Assembly (NCBI GenBank): GCA_964016885.1
Contig: OZ024742.1
Span: 298,096,001 to 298,160,000 of the forward strand
From: Eledone cirrhosa
Lineage: Eukaryota
DNA: 64,000 nucleotides
Direction of reading: 5' to 3'
Of the stretch, positions 1 to 14,276 are shown piece by piece. The notes under the pieces are model-generated. The model worked only from the letters and a program-made list of their open reading frames with translations, did no database searches and was not told the origin of the DNA. Numbering within the stretch: position 1 is the first letter of the stretch; each line of letters opens with the position of its first letter. Position numbers and translations under genes: made by a program.

Positions 1-250
1 AAAAGTGACACAGAGGAGACTGAGGTTAGTTGGACATGCTCACCGACATCCAGAGTTGACATTGCACTCAGTGCTCCTTTGGGAGCCCCTACATGGACAC
101 ACTAGAAGAGGAAGACCGAGGTTAACGTATGTTGATGCCCTAAGGACAGACACTGGTCTGTTGGAGACGCAGGACATGGCAGCGATAATGAGGGACAGAG
201 ATCGCTGGAGAGAACTCGTCCATGGATCTCGGGAATTTTACCCGCCTTAG
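1..250 (+). mobile_element. 3' end of an RTE-like LINE ORF (cut by the window edge), family distinct from the other RTEs here
   Basis: Translation RRLRLVGHAHRH...LLWEP.HG...RGRPRLTY.D.L..DTGL...DRDRWR matches the C-terminal signature of RTE-clade ORFs; followed by (TA)n. Confidence 0.75.
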
Positions 251-763
251 ATAGATATATATATATACATATATAGAAATATACACATACATATACACAT
301 ATACATATATGTATATATATTCATATATATATACCATGTTATATTCTACTTCAGTAATAACATGACAGAAAATACTACTGTGTAACAGTATTTTCTAATT
401 TGTTTAATAGTTAGCTAATTATTAATTCAATCTATTTTTCTTGTTGTTCTTTAAATACACTAACACTAAATTACCTTCCATGTTTGAAACAATAAAGTAA
501 AACTGAAACAATAAAATGTGTAAACACATCTTTGTAATACATGGAAAACCTACTTTGTGTGCAATTTGCAGATGTGTTTCCTCACATCCAAGTCGCTAAG
601 TGAACAAATCCAATCTATAATATGATAGTTGTATTGGATTTGTCTGTCTGTCACACAAATGCCTTAGAAAAATAATTCTAAAATTGTATTTACAATTCAT
701 GAAGTACAATTAAATATTAAGACAAAAAATTGTGGAGGTCAAATATTTTATTGTAATTTATGC

Positions 764-798
<35 letters not shown>

Positions 799-906
799 GC
801 ACTCACACATATATATGTAGGTCATGACAATTATTGGATATACACAAATGGAGCTGGTTGTCAAGTGTTTGTAAGTGTAAATACATGTGCACATATACAT
901 AGCTGT

Positions 907-940
<34 letters not shown>

Positions 941-1018
941 ATATAATCCTTAAACATGTTTTGTTTTTATAGTTTGGTGAAGAAACTAAAATATTGATTA
1001 TTTCCTCCATGATGTTAT

Positions 1019-1020
<2 letters not shown>

Positions 1021-1067
<47 letters not shown>

Positions 1068-1479
1068 AATTATTGTGTACAGTGCTCAGGTGCACTACAA
1101 CTCGTCAAAGGTGCATGTATAGTACATAGAATAATATACAAATGTCAGGGAAGTGAATAGTGTATGAGTCATGATATACATGTGTGCGTGTGTATGGAGG
1201 GGGAATATTAGGTGTAGTGTTGGCGAATCTCAGGAAGCATGGAGATTTTAAAGGATGCAGTGTCTCGACAGCTAATAACTGATGCAGGTAGTTTGTTCCA
1301 TGCTTCAGCAACTCTGAGCGTGAAAAAATGTTTCCGAAAGTCATGGGAGCTGTGCTGTTTTCTGACTTTGTGGGCATGCCCACGTGTGTTAAACACATGG
1401 AAATCAAAAAGGTACTCAAGGTTTTTGTTGGCAAGATGGTTAATAATTTTGTGGGTGTTTACCAAGTCAGTTGCCAGTA
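1021..1479 (-). mobile_element. CR1/L2-clade LINE 3' fragment with (ATT)n tail
   Basis: TRGHAHKV...RKHFFTLRVAEAWNKLP is the CR1-type C-terminus; near-identical to 30775-31200; (AAT)n at 1021-1065 is the tail. Confidence 0.85.
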
Positions 1480-2254
1480 AATAAATTTTGGATAGATCAT
1501 GGAAGATTCAAGTAGGAATAACAGTTTTAATGGGGGATTTTTTTAAATCCTTTTGTGATCATATTTTTTAACAAAATTATACTGCCTTTGTGTTTTAATT
1601 ATCAGAATAATAATTTTAAAAAATTATGGGAGGTTTAGTAAAATAACTATTAATGTAAATAGTAAGGCTAACTCTTACTCTTGCTTGGAAAATTGCTTTA
1701 AAACACTTGTTATTTCTCAAGCATAGAAAAATATAATACAAAAGGAAGAAAAGTAATTCATACTACTTAACAAAGCAGCAAATTCTTTGAAATGGAGATC
1801 ACATATGTCAGATCCAAATTTCAGGATATGATGCTTCATAATATATCAAAGATTTTTCCAGCCAAACAGCTGTTTCAGACACACCAGATGTGTTTTATTG
1901 GTATATCAAAGTTGCTTGATATACAGATAAAACTATGCAAGAAATTGTTTTATCTGGACAGCAATCAAAATGACAATTAGATTGTTCCTAGACATTTGTT
2001 CAATCAGCGTTCTCTATGCTCAATTAAACTAACTCAATTAAAACTAACTAGGCCTACTACTCAACACAAACAATAAAACTGAATAATTATTATAACAACT
2101 GTACAAATGCTTTGTTCATTTGTCACACACAAACACCATGATCTGTCAGAAATATTCTAAAATTATTTATTTAGAATTTATTGAGCGTACATGTAAGACA
2201 AAAAAGGAAGTGTGTTACAATGTTCTCTCTCTTTCACTCTAAAGTGGTCATGTC

Positions 2255-2495
2255 GGTGACATGATAAAAAGTGCCCAGTCCACACTGTAAAGTGGTCATG
2301 TAGGTATTACAACAAAAATCACCCAGTACACACTGTAAATGTGGTTGGTGTTAGGAAGGCTATCCAGTTGTAGAAATGAAGCCAAAATCATGTCTGTGTG
2401 AGCAAAACACAGGCCTCTGACCTGGCTGTCTCACAACAGGACAAGTTGTGAGAGAGCTAGCATGGATAATGAATGTTAAATGATAGTGATGATAT
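2255..2495 (+). mobile_element. Old RTE-3'UTR-like / non-autonomous retroposon remnant
   Basis: Contains ctgtaaagtgg units, GTTGGTGTTAGGAAGG(C)ATCCAG.TGTAGAAA and a degenerate (GAT)n end, as in the RTE 3'UTRs at 36223-36523. Confidence 0.6.
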
Positions 2496-3273
2496 ATATA
2501 TATATACACACACAATCCACCAACATAGCTTTGTTACAGTTCGGTGAAGAAACTGAATATTACTTATTCTGTTTGTAAAACAATCAATTATGCAGTAGTA
2601 GTAATAACTAGTGACCCAGTGCCATTAATAATAATGGCAAATAACATTGAACATATTCAATTTTTGGAGTACAGGATTGGTATGCCTTGTATACCAGTAT
2701 TGCTGGATATATGAACAGCCATACAGACTGAGAACTTTGCATTTTGAAAAATTAATGGCTTGCATAAGAGAAACTATATAGCTTATGTTGATTACTGACA
2801 CATAGAAGTGATTAAATATAAAAACGATATCTTAATGATTTGTTTCTAGGACATAATTACATAAATATTCAGCATGTATACACAAATAACATAACAGGAT
2901 TAAATGTATGAATAACTTTGGAAAAATAACAAATGTAAGGTTAGAACCCAGGACCTTGAGATTGGAAAACAAATTCGTTATTATAGCAACATGACTGATA
3001 TCAGAATTGCATTGTGTATGATCTAAGTGTTTGAATGTTTGTCTATGTAAATTTTAAAATGTTACATATATATATACACACAAACACATGTGGCATATTA
3101 TTATTGTTGATTACAAAAAGGAAGGATTTTGATATAATTTTCAGTTTATGCTTTATTTGAAAACCATATTTTCTTAAATATATGTTAATTAAAAATTCTT
3201 CAATATTGAAGAAATTTACAATTAATTTAATATATAACAGAAATTATGCGCTCAAATGTTTTGTGATATTTCA

Positions 3274-3614
3274 TTTCATCATCATCATTTCATTTTACGT
3301 CCGCTTTTCCCTGCTTGCAAGGGTGGTACGGGAACTGATTTGGGCTTGATTTCTACAGCTGGATGCCCTTCCTAACACCAACCTCATTTACAGTGAGTGC
3401 TGGGTGCTTTTTTGCTGTGGCACCTCCACAACCACTTTGCAGTGGAATGATAGGGAACCCAGTCACTATCATCTCATTTCTACAGCTGAGTAAACTGGAG
3501 CAATGTGAAATAAAGTGTCTTGCTCAAGGAAACAACGCATCACCCGGTCTGAGAATTGAACTCACAACCTTTCGATTGCAAGGCCAATGCTCTAACCACT
3601 AAGCCATGTGCCTC
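3274..3614 (-). mobile_element. Full-length tRNA-derived CORE-like SINE with RTE-derived 3' tail
   Basis: Minus strand: A box TGGCTTAGTGG, B box GAGTTCAATTC, CORE-like CCTTGAGCAAGACACT...CAGTTTACTCAGCTGTAGAAATG, then 3' end CCCTTGCAAGCAGGGAAAAGCGGACGTAAAATGA identical to the RTE end at 14082-14130. Confidence 0.85.
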
Positions 3615-4181
3615 TATTGTTGTAAACAAATTTGAATTACTTTCAATACATTAATTTTATGGGATATAAAACAAAATTGGAAAATGTCCTCATCTTTGCT
3701 TTCACTTCATCAAATAAATAAAGGAAGTTTACAAGAAATACAACTTTTATTTTTTTCTTCACTAGTTATCAATATACTGCTAAACAACAACAAATATTTT
3801 ATCTGGGCTTCTTCAAAGATTTAATTTGTAAGGGAAAAAAGAATTAATGATTATTTTTATTGCTGTTTTTATATGAGGAAAACGATCAAGAAATTGTGTG
3901 ATAGAGTGAAATTAATATGGTTAATGAAATATTTGTTTTTACATCTGCTTTTCTATGTTTGTATGAATTTACTGCAACTTTTTTTAGGTAGCATTGTATA
4001 ATTGGATACATTTCCTGATGCAGACCCATATTTTATATTTATTAAATTTGATATGTATACTACAGATATTTATGAAACTACAAAGCTGCAGGGCATTCTA
4101 TATGCTAAATATAAACAAACAACACACAGGCTTAAATGGCATCTATTTGGAGACACATGCAGAGACAGGGACAGATTCACT

Positions 4182-4281
<100 letters not shown>

Positions 4282-7247
4282 TTTTCTACCTAATCAAGGT
4301 AGGATTTATAACCATTTTCAAAATTAATGTACTGTTGATGTGAATATCCTACTCAAGCAAGGTGAAATTCGTTTTATACCATCCTTTATATATCATCATC
4401 ATCATCATCATTACTGTTTTACGTCCATTCTTCCATGCTAGCATGGGTTAGACGGGTTGGGTGACCTTGTCTTATATATAGTTCAAGGAGATGACAAAAC
4501 ATAGGTACAAAAGTCATTAGTTTCACGCTTTATATGGAAAAGGGGAAAGAAAGTTTGACGTGTCTGGCTTTAGACCTTTTTTAGGAGTACAAAAATAGAG
4601 ACAGAATCACAAAGGATAGACACAGAAAATAAAAGGTAGGCCAAGTAAAATATACGAAAATAAAAAGATTAAACAAGAAAAACCATTTGGTAGTCTTGGT
4701 AACGATTTTGGGAGAGAAAATGAAATGTATATATATAAAATATATAGTATAAAAACTTCTGTAGAGTTGGTACCACGATAGATTGTATCCAGTCCAAATG
4801 TAATGTGGGAGTGGTGGTGTCATGATAAAAAGTGCCCAGCACATTCTTTAAAGGGGTTAAGCAAGTATCATAATAAAAAGCACCTAGTACTCTCTGTAGA
4901 TTGGTGGACATTAGGAAGGGCATCCAGACAATGAAACCATGCTAAAAATGGAACATATAAAGGTGAGGTCCTCCAACACTTCAGTCTCAAGCCATGACAA
5001 CCCATCTAAACATACCAGAGAGGAAAATGGAAATAAAATGATGACAATATCATGTTTCTTCAAGTTACTTCCAAAAACATTGTTATACAAATTATTCATA
5101 CCAAGTTGCATCTAGTAACATTGTTATACTAACTACTCATACCAAGTTAATTCTAGTAACATTGTGTGCTACTCTAACTACTCATTCAACGCCAAGTACA
5201 GAGCCTCTATGTAATTGTTCAATCCATTCATTGTAGCAGCCAAATCTTCCACAGCATTCTCTGATTCAGAAATATCCACAGAATCACAAATATCTACAGA
5301 GCTGTTGTTTTTCTCCAGCTTCCATAACATATCATGCATGACATATTTCTTTTGAATAGAATTTTACTCTATGGAAGAGAGTTTCTCCAGCCAAAGAAAA
5401 TAAACTCAACACAGCAAGCCAGCAAAATATTTAACAATTACACAATACTTCTGCTTCTTATAGAATTACATTATACTATGCTTGGTATCTACTTATAGTT
5501 AAGTAGACTTAATAGTTAAAATTAATGTCTTGTCTACAGCTACTGTAAAGTGCAAGTGACAAGATTTGAACTGTTATTCTGTTCATTTACTGACTGCTAT
5601 CTTACTGATATGGCTACCTACACTCTCTTATAGTAATGCTCACATGTTTTCAGTTCTAAATCTTAAGATATGCACTATTAAATTGGTCTTCCCATCTGTT
5701 CATGGTAATATTAGTGGTATGAAATGTTGAATGTTTTCATGGCATCAATAGAATGTTTGGTTTAGTTGATTATCTCTACATTATAGGAAATCAAATACAG
5801 ATCTTACTAGATATATCCGACAACAACTGATTACTGAATATATATAATCTAAAAAAAAAAAAAAAAAAAAACTATGATCTGTAAGAATATATGATATTTT
5901 TAAAATATGATTTGAAATTATATATTATCTTAAACTACATATAATCACAAAGTAATTTTCTTAACAATTTTGTTAACCATATTTTTTGCTAAAAGATTCC
6001 AAGATGTAATGAGTTTAGCTATCATTTGAACCATGACTTAAAAATGATCCTAGCATAAAATTATGATGGAATGTTTTTAAATAAATATAAGTATTTAAAA
6101 TAAACAGCTTTGTATTGTAGAATAAAGGGTGGTTTTTGTTTGGCCCAAGGACAGTCGAACTAGAGACCTTTAGCGAAGATTAATCAGTTGCGAGCATTTA
6201 GAACAAGTTTCTGGTTTGAGGATACTTTCTTTCTTCTCTCCCACAAAGCCTTGAGGCCCTTACACATGTAATGGCTTCTGCCTTCCTTTTTATCACAGAA
6301 CAGTATAAACAAAAGACATACTCTTGGTCACTGAGAAGGCAGATAGACTGAAGATGATGAAGGCTGTGATGTTATTGTTAAAAACTTTTCCATCAGCTTT
6401 GAGAATAGAAGTGAAAGCAATAAATTGATAGCAAGCTGTGGTCAGTGAGATTGTCTTCATTGTAGATGGAACACACTGGGAGAGATTCATGTAGTAAGTT
6501 AAAACATTTATGATTTGGGGGAGGAAAGGAAATAGATATGGAGAGATTGAAGGAGGTTCACACATAGTGACTGTGTATGCATGGGAGTGGGGTTAGTGGA
6601 GTGAAGAAGGGGAGTTATGCTGGAGTTTTATTGAGTGCATTCATATTGATTGGAAGCAGAGTAAACAACAAACATGGCCACTTTCAACAGAAGTATTGAA
6701 TACTTGCTACATAGTTGACTCTATTAAAGGCATTCAAAGAACAGAGGGTGGTGTTAAGCTGGACTAAACAGTAAAATGAAAGAGAAACACTCATTTCACT
6801 TCATACTATAATTTCACTTTTGCAATTAAGAATACTTCAAGAAAATTAAATATATCAGCTGAAGATGGATATTTTCATCCTGACTGCCATTGCATGTTTT
6901 ACAATTACACTAAATTATTTAATTTACATCAAGACAAATGTTTAATTGGAACATCAATATGTTTAATTACGAGATGAAGAAGTATATTTGAAGATTTCTT
7001 TAAATTCTTATTAGGTGTCTTCCAAGAAGGAAGATAATTGTTAAATTTGAGACAATGAGCAATGGTCTGCATTAGATCAATTCAGAAAACAACAAAGTCA
7101 CTTGATATTGGTGCATTGTGATAAAAAGTAAACAAAAGTGAGCTGTTTTTAAAATAAGCACATAATTTATAGTATAGTAATAAATATACATATGAATATA
7201 TATGTGTATATATATATATATATATATGTATATGTATATATATATAT

Positions 7248-7523
7248 ACCGCAAGGTGGTCGTGGAGGTGCCACGGCAAAAAAGCACCCAGCCCACACTG
7301 TAAAGTGGACGTGTAGGCGCCACGAAAAAGCACCCAGCACTCACTGTAAATGAGGTTGGTGTTAGGAAGGGCATCCAGCTGTAGAAATCAAGCCAGATCA
7401 GTTCCTGTATGAGCAAGGCATGGTCAGCCGACCAGACACTGCCCACAACAGGACAACCCGTCTAACCCATGCTAGCGTGGAAGAACGGACGTAAAACGGT
7501 GATGATGATGATGATGATGATGA
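7248..7523 (+). mobile_element. 5'-truncated RTE family C insertion (3'UTR only) inside (TA)n
   Basis: Nearly identical to 36250-36523; ends in (GAT)n; flanked by (TA)n on both sides. Confidence 0.85.
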
Positions 7524-7769
7524 TATATATATATATATATATATATTAATCATATAATTCACACTATGTTTGTATTTGAAAATGTTCCAAGCTCATTAAA
7601 GCACAAGAGTTGAAAATATTCATATATCAAAACCATGATAAGTGGTAACGATTTTCCTAAACTTTACTTGAGGAAAGTAATTTTCTAAAGAAAACCATCA
7701 ACGATAAAAAGATTAAATATCTTGTTTTCACCAAGGTCTCATTTGTTAACATAACAAAATTATTTACAT

Positions 7770-8468
7770 TCTGTAAAGTGGTAGTCCTGGTGCCAAGATA
7801 AAATTCACACAGTACACACTGTAAAATAGAAGTGCTGGTGCTATGGTAAAATGCACCAAGTATACTGTGTAAAGAGATATACAGGTTCCACAGAAAAAAA
7901 AGATACCTAGTATATTCTATAAAGTGGTAGTGTGGGGCCTTGTTGAAATGCACCCTGTACCCTCTGTAAAGTGCAGTTCTGGTCCCATGATAAAATGCCC
8001 CCAATTCATTTTGTAAATTGGTAGTGCTGGTGCATGTTAAAGTGCACATAGTACAATTTAAAAATGGTAATGATGGTGTTACAATAAATGTGCCCAGTAT
8101 ACTCTATAATTGTTTCTACTTTAGGCACAAGGCCAGCAATTACCCAGTGCATTACTGGTACTTTATTTTATCGACCCCGTAAGGATGAAAGGCAAAGTCA
8201 ACCTCGGCGGGATTTGAACTCAGATCGTAAAGGGACGTAACTATGCTGGAAAGCATGGCGTCCGACCCTCTACCGATATGTGGTACTACTAGTACCACAT
8301 TGAAATACACTCAATACACTCTGTAATCCAGTTGGTATTAGGAAGATCATTTGTACTGCCTGAGGTATATGAGGAAGATTTGGGTCTGTGGCCAATCTGG
8401 TCTTAGTTGGTGACAAGCTATTCGATCCATGCTAGTGTAGAAATCAGATATAAAATGATAATGATGAT
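7770..8468 (+). repeat. Old RTE-3'UTR-like element with a diverged ~48-bp tandem array, interrupted by a SINE
   Basis: Repeated unit ~CTGTAAAGTGGTAGTGCTGGTGCCATGATAAAATGCACCCAGTACACT, then GTTGGTATTAGGAAG...AAATGATAATGATGAT. Confidence 0.65.
8106..8278 (-). mobile_element. tRNA-related SINE family 2 with (ATT)n tail
   Basis: Minus strand has B-box-like GAGTTCAAATCCC, then GACTTTGCCTTTCATCCTTACGGGGTCGATAAAATAAAGTACCAG; near-identical copies recur across the window. Confidence 0.8.
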
Positions 8469-10271
8469 TACTATATTCTGTGTAGCAAAACTTACTAAGA
8501 ACAATTATATGGCTAATTAAACATATAAGGTTTCATCAACATAAGTAGTAGCAGTAGTAGTAGTGGTAGTGGTGGTGTTAGTAGTAGTTGTGGTGGTGGT
8601 ATTAGTGGTGTTAGTTTTGCTTTTGTTATTTTAGTAGTAGAAGCAATGGCAGTAGCTGTGGCAGCCGCAGCCTCCTGCAGATTGATGTTTTCTATGCATT
8701 CATATGATAGATTTATATTGAAGGCAACACGTGTCATTTATTCAAATTTGTAAACATGTTTTACATTTCAGTCTTATTTATACCACAGTAACTGTAATTG
8801 GAGAAACGATTTTGCAAGGAATAAAAGCTATTTTTAATGCCAACAACAGAATGGGGAAATAGTAAAGGAATAAAGAATACACTCTAAACTCTGGCCCATG
8901 TATGTGGTGTCTCGTTGTTCAGCAACAAACTCCAAGCATTTGACCTACAGACATGCTGCCTCCTCACTCATCACAAACCAATGCACTGCAAAAGGAAAGG
9001 AAATGAGCTGATCATCAGATCAGATCGAGGAAAAAATGTTTTCATTAGTATTTCTATTGCTGATAATGCTGATAATATCTGCCAATTGCAACAATTGATA
9101 GAATGTAGAATTTGCACTCAGAATGTACAAAGCCAGAACAGATACTAATTCATTAACAATTCTGACAATCCACCACCCCTGGATTGGTAATAATTTTATT
9201 GATCCTAAAATAACAAAACGCAAAGTTGACCTTGGCAAGACTTGAATTCAAAGTACAGTGAGCTGGAACAAATTCCAAGGCAATTAAACTGACACACTAA
9301 TGAATGTCAATTAACCACCACTGCAATCTAAGCTTCAAATTTGTACTGTCTCATCACTCACGAAAGCACCACAACTTCATGCTCACACATGTACTGTCTT
9401 CCTGCTTACATTACAATGTTTAGCCCATAAACATGATGCCCCCTCTCTCTCACTCTCATTTTCTTCTTTTCTACTGCCTTTTCTACTGCAGATACACTGG
9501 GCTCTGTTCCATAAAGGTGTCTGCTATTATACTAACTCCATCCAAACCTAACTTATTCACATGTTTCTCCTTGATATTGTGCATACCTTCTAAACCCAAC
9601 ATTAACCACTATGCCAAAATCTTGCTCCCAAGAAATATCAGCACCCTGTAATTTGTATCTCATCCATGATTTTTCTGGAATCATTGATGAGTAGTTAGTT
9701 AAGAACAACACCAACTGCTTCAACCTTACTTGACACAAACAGCCTGCAAAGGCTATGGTCACAACCCCTTTCTCAAGATCAATACATTATTAAAACATTG
9801 TTAATTCAACTATCTCCTATTTACAGAAATATGTATAAATAACAATGAAAAAGGGTGACAAGAAATGAGACTAAAACATAAATAATTTCGAAGGTAGGCA
9901 AATAAAATAAAGCTAAAAATAGTTGTATTCCATTAAGTAGAAATACAGATGATTGCACACAATACAACAATAGAACAGCAAACAGACATTTCAAAGCCAT
10001 TTTCCATACTAAAGCAGAGGTTAGCCTTGCAGGTCCCCATAACAAGCTTACTTATACAGATCATGAGGGTTTTCAGTTGCTACTGAAAACACAGAGGTGT
10101 AGAATATACATATTCTAAATCAGATATACAATACTCATTTACCATTTATCTAATAAAATGTCCCACACTGAATCATATCATAAGTATGATTCTTGGATAC
10201 TGGAATATATAAATTTATATATATTATATATATACATATATATATATACATTATATATATATACATTATAT

Positions 10272-10310
<39 letters not shown>

Positions 10311-10909
10311 GTTTAACGTCCGTGTTCCACGCTTGCATGGGTTTGGATGGGAGTTTTCCCACTTGAGGCAAGAGTGATTGTCTTGCTCACATAGGACTGT
10401 CTGGCGGGTTTTCTACAGCTGGATGCCCTTCCTAACACCAACCACATTTACAATGTGGGGCTGGGAGGTTTTTACCGTGTTGCCTACACGGCCACATTAC
10501 AGCGTGTACTGTGTGTTTTTTTTACGTGATACCTACACGATCTCATTTGTTTTGGCCTGGATGTTGTGGCACCAACATAACTTTACATTGAAAGGGGTGG
10601 TGTAGATGGGGTGGGGGTAGTGGGACGGGGGTGTATTTTGTTACAGATGCCTACTGACTGTAGTAGGTTTTACTTTGTATTTAGGTAAGGCGGGTCTTCT
10701 CTATTACTGAGTACCGCCAAAGGTCTCGGTCCAGTGACATTGTCTTGGAGAGGTGTAAGTGTGTGAGGTTGGAATTTATCAGCTCGTCCCAGGTTTTTCT
10801 GGGTCTGCCTACTCCGTGGCTACCATCTATCTTTATTGCCCTGCACTTTGTTATACAGCTGTCGTCTTTCATGCGCATCACATGACCATACCAACGTAGC
10901 CTTCTCTCG
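10272..10909 (-). mobile_element. RTE family A, 5'-truncated (ORF end plus 3'UTR)
   Basis: MMRMKDDSC...GRPRKTWDE...DRDLWR; 3'UTR matches 16901-17296; (GAT)n tail; (TA)n on both flanks. Confidence 0.9.
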
Positions 10910-11297
10910 TATATATATATACATTATATATATATATATATACATTATATACATATATATATATTATATATATATACATTATATATATATATATACATTA
11001 TATATATATATATATATATAAAACATTAAAAAAATAATGAATAAAACAATGAAACAGTTCCTTATATTAAACAAAAAAAGTTCATTATTTAACGATCGTT
11101 TCTAGGACATATATGTGTTAGAATTGGCATGCATATTCAAAAGATCTATGTACAAAATTATACAAAATATCAAAGAGAATATACATACCAACACATATAT
11201 ATGCTGTCTTCGGAAATAATGAAGTATATTTATTGATAATAACAACAATTCAAAATTACAGGTCTGTTTGGGAACAGATTTTAATTAGACCAATGAA

Positions 11298-11337
<40 letters not shown>

Positions 11338-11382
11338 TACATATATATATACATTATATATATATACATTATATATATACAT

Positions 11383-11414
<32 letters not shown>

Positions 11415-11521
11415 ATATATAAACATTATATATATATATATACATTATATATATACGTATACATTATATATATACATATACATTATATATATATATACAT
11501 TATATATATACATATATAAAT

Positions 11522-11622
<101 letters not shown>

Positions 11623-12085
11623 TTACTTGTTGATCTGTCATTGTAAGATAGATTAGGCCGATTACTACTAACTCATAAAATTCTGTCACTACAATCTCGT
11701 ATTTAGTATTTCGTCCCACCTAATAAACTTTTCTATAGTTTGGCAGTACCAGTGAGAGACTTGATGATTATGGAAGGGGAATAGTAACCAGAAATTGTGT
11801 TTTTTTAATATTTTTAATATTTTAAATATTTTTCTATATATTTACTTATTGTTTCGACTTCCTCCCTCCTACCCTTCTCTAGTATACCTTTTTCAACCTC
11901 CTATCCTTAGAATCTGCTGTAGTTGTCACTTTCAACGCTCAACTGGGTTTCCTCCACTCCCTCTCCCTTCTACTGGCAAGTTCAGCTACCCCTACCTTCC
12001 ACAAAATGCCATGATATAATCATGTGTCTCAACAACAAACTTTTGACCAATCCTTGTGACAATCACTTTTACCATATATGGAATT

Positions 12086-12262
12086 ACCCCCTGAGAAGTT
12101 CAGCTATTCATTTACCAGGATAAAAATTTTCATTTACTCCAGAATTAGCCGTCAAAATCGCTTGAGCTCAGCCATCGGGGTCCTACTCATTCCTATTACC
12201 CACTCAACTACCCTAAGTATTGAGTACTTTGCTGTGTGTTGGTCCATCTGGTTCCTTACCAC
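12086..12262 (+). mobile_element. Short element with degenerate type I hammerhead ribozyme (family H2)
   Basis: ACCCC-CTGAGAA...GAATTAGCCGTC-AAAA-tcgcttgagctcagcca-TC-GGGGT; the downstream part recurs at 14277-14471 and 57795-57989. Confidence 0.5.
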
Positions 12263-12277
12263 ATATATATATATATA

Positions 12278-12589
12278 TCATTTCATTTCATTTCATTTTA
12301 CGTCCGCTTTTTCCCTGCTTGCAAGGGTGGGACGGGAACTGATGCTTGCTTGATTTCTACAGCTGGATGCCCTTCCTAACACCAACCTCATTTACAGTGA
12401 GTGCTGGGTGCTTTTTTGCTGTGGCACCTCCACGACCACTTTGCAGTGGAATGATATGGACCCCAGTCCCTATCATCTCATTTCTACAGCTGAGTAAACT
12501 GGAGCAATGTGAAATAAAGTGTCTTGCTCAAGGAAACAATATATCACCCGGTCTGAGAATTGAACTCAACCTTTCGATTGCAAGGCCAA
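12278..12589 (-). mobile_element. CORE-like SINE, head truncated
   Basis: Near-identical to 3274-3590. Confidence 0.85.
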
Positions 12590-12651
12590 TATATATAATC
12601 AGGCTATATATGGTGGTGCCATACCCAAAGACTGGTGCAGCAGTATTCTCA

Positions 12652-14129
12652 TAAATTGCTACAAAGGTAAAGGGGATGCTCTGGAGAGGAGCAATTATAG
12701 GGGTATAAAACTGATGGATCAGGTTATGAAACTGGCAGAAAGGATATTAGCACAACTAATTAAAGGGTCAAACTAGATGAGATGCAGTTTGGTTTTGTGC
12801 CTGGGAAGAGTACAACAGATATCCACTTCTTGGTGAGACAATTGCAAGAGAGGTTCTTAGAGAAGAATAAGCCACTATACTTAGCCTTTGTTGACCTAGG
12901 GAAGGCCTTTGATAGTGTACCCCGATCTGTCATCTGGTGGTCCCTAAGGAAGCTAGGTGTTGAGGAATAGCTTCTGAGGACAGTGCAAACTTTGTACAGA
13001 GGTACTCTCAGTAAAGTGAGGGTAGGAATGGAGTTTAGTGAGGAATTCCAGATACAAGTAGGAGTACATCAAGGTTCGGTCCTCCAAGCTATAACAGAGG
13101 AGTTTAAGACTGGCTGTCCATGAGAACTTCTCTATGCTGACGATCTGGTTCTTATAGCAGAATCAGTAGAGGAGCTAGAGAATAAATTCTGGCTATGGAA
13201 ACAGCAGTTGGAAGCAAGAGGACTGAGAGTGAACCTAGCTAAGACAAAAGTGTTGATGAGTAGAAAAGAGGACAAAACCCTGATTCCGTGAGGGAAATGG
13301 CCATGTTCGATATGCAGAAAAGGAACTGGCATAAATTCTATAAAATGCACACAATGTAGATCCTGGGTACACAAGAGATGTAGCGGGGTAGCAGGCAAAC
13401 TAACAGGTAGAGAGAAATATGTATGCAGTAGATGTACAGGGAAATTAGACAGTAGAAGTCGCATTGATAGACACATTTTTCAGATGCAGGAGGGCGCTAT
13501 AGAAGTGGTGGATAGCTTCCGGTACCTAGGAGATCAGATTAGCATGGGAGGAGGGTGTTCCGAGGCCATAGTATCTAGAATAAGGACGGGTTGGAAGAAG
13601 ATTAGGGAGCTGCTTCCTCTGTTGACGAAGAAGGGTTTCTCCCTGCATACGAATAGCCGGTTGTATGATGCCTGTGTGAGGAGCGCGATGCTGCATGGTT
13701 GTGAGACATGGGCAGCAACTGCAGAGGATATGCGACGGCTGGAGAGAAATGAGGCAAGCATTCTCCGTTGGATGTGCAGTGTAAATGTGCGTGAACGACC
13801 CAGCATAAATGTGTTGAGAGAGAAACTGTGTCTGAGAGGAATAGAATGTCTTGTAGGGGAGAGGAGAGTGAGGTGGTATGGACAGGTGATGCGCATGGAG
13901 GATGACCGATGGGTGAAGAAGTGCCAGGAAATGCCAGTTGAAGGAAGATGTGGTAGAGGTAGACCACGAAAAACATGGGTGGAGTTGGTGAGAACAAACC
14001 TCAGATCATTGAATCTCACTGTGGAGATGACGAAGGACCGTGACGAGTGGAGAGATGCTGTGCTGAATAAGACCCGTCCCGCCCTTGCAAGCAGGGAAAA
14101 GCGGACGTAAAATGATGATGATGATGATG

Positions 14130-14130
<1 letters not shown>
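12652..14130 (+). mobile_element. RTE family B, 5'-truncated, disrupted RT
   Basis: QFGF.PGKSTTD, AFVDL.KAFD, VGVHQGS, LLYADDL, Cys-rich insert, GRPRKTW; in-frame stops and deletions; ends AGCGGACGTAAAAT(GAT)n. Confidence 0.9.
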
Positions 14131-14224
<94 letters not shown>

Positions 14225-14276
14225 CATACATATATATATACATATATATATACATATATATATACATATATATATA

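Noticed and set aside
3540-3614. tRNA gene
   Set aside because: A/B boxes present but continues into SINE body; no complete cloverleaf. Same for 17374-17440.
6140-6200. tRNA-like fragment (minus-strand GTTCGA)
   Set aside because: No acceptor or D arm; too short to support.
7770-8105. CRISPR-like array
   Set aside because: Diverged tandem units without unique spacers; eukaryotic retroposon context, no cas genes.
11085-11130. Hammerhead at minus-strand GAAACGATCGTT (related text near 2835-2875)
   Set aside because: No CUGANGA with paired stems I and II could be built.
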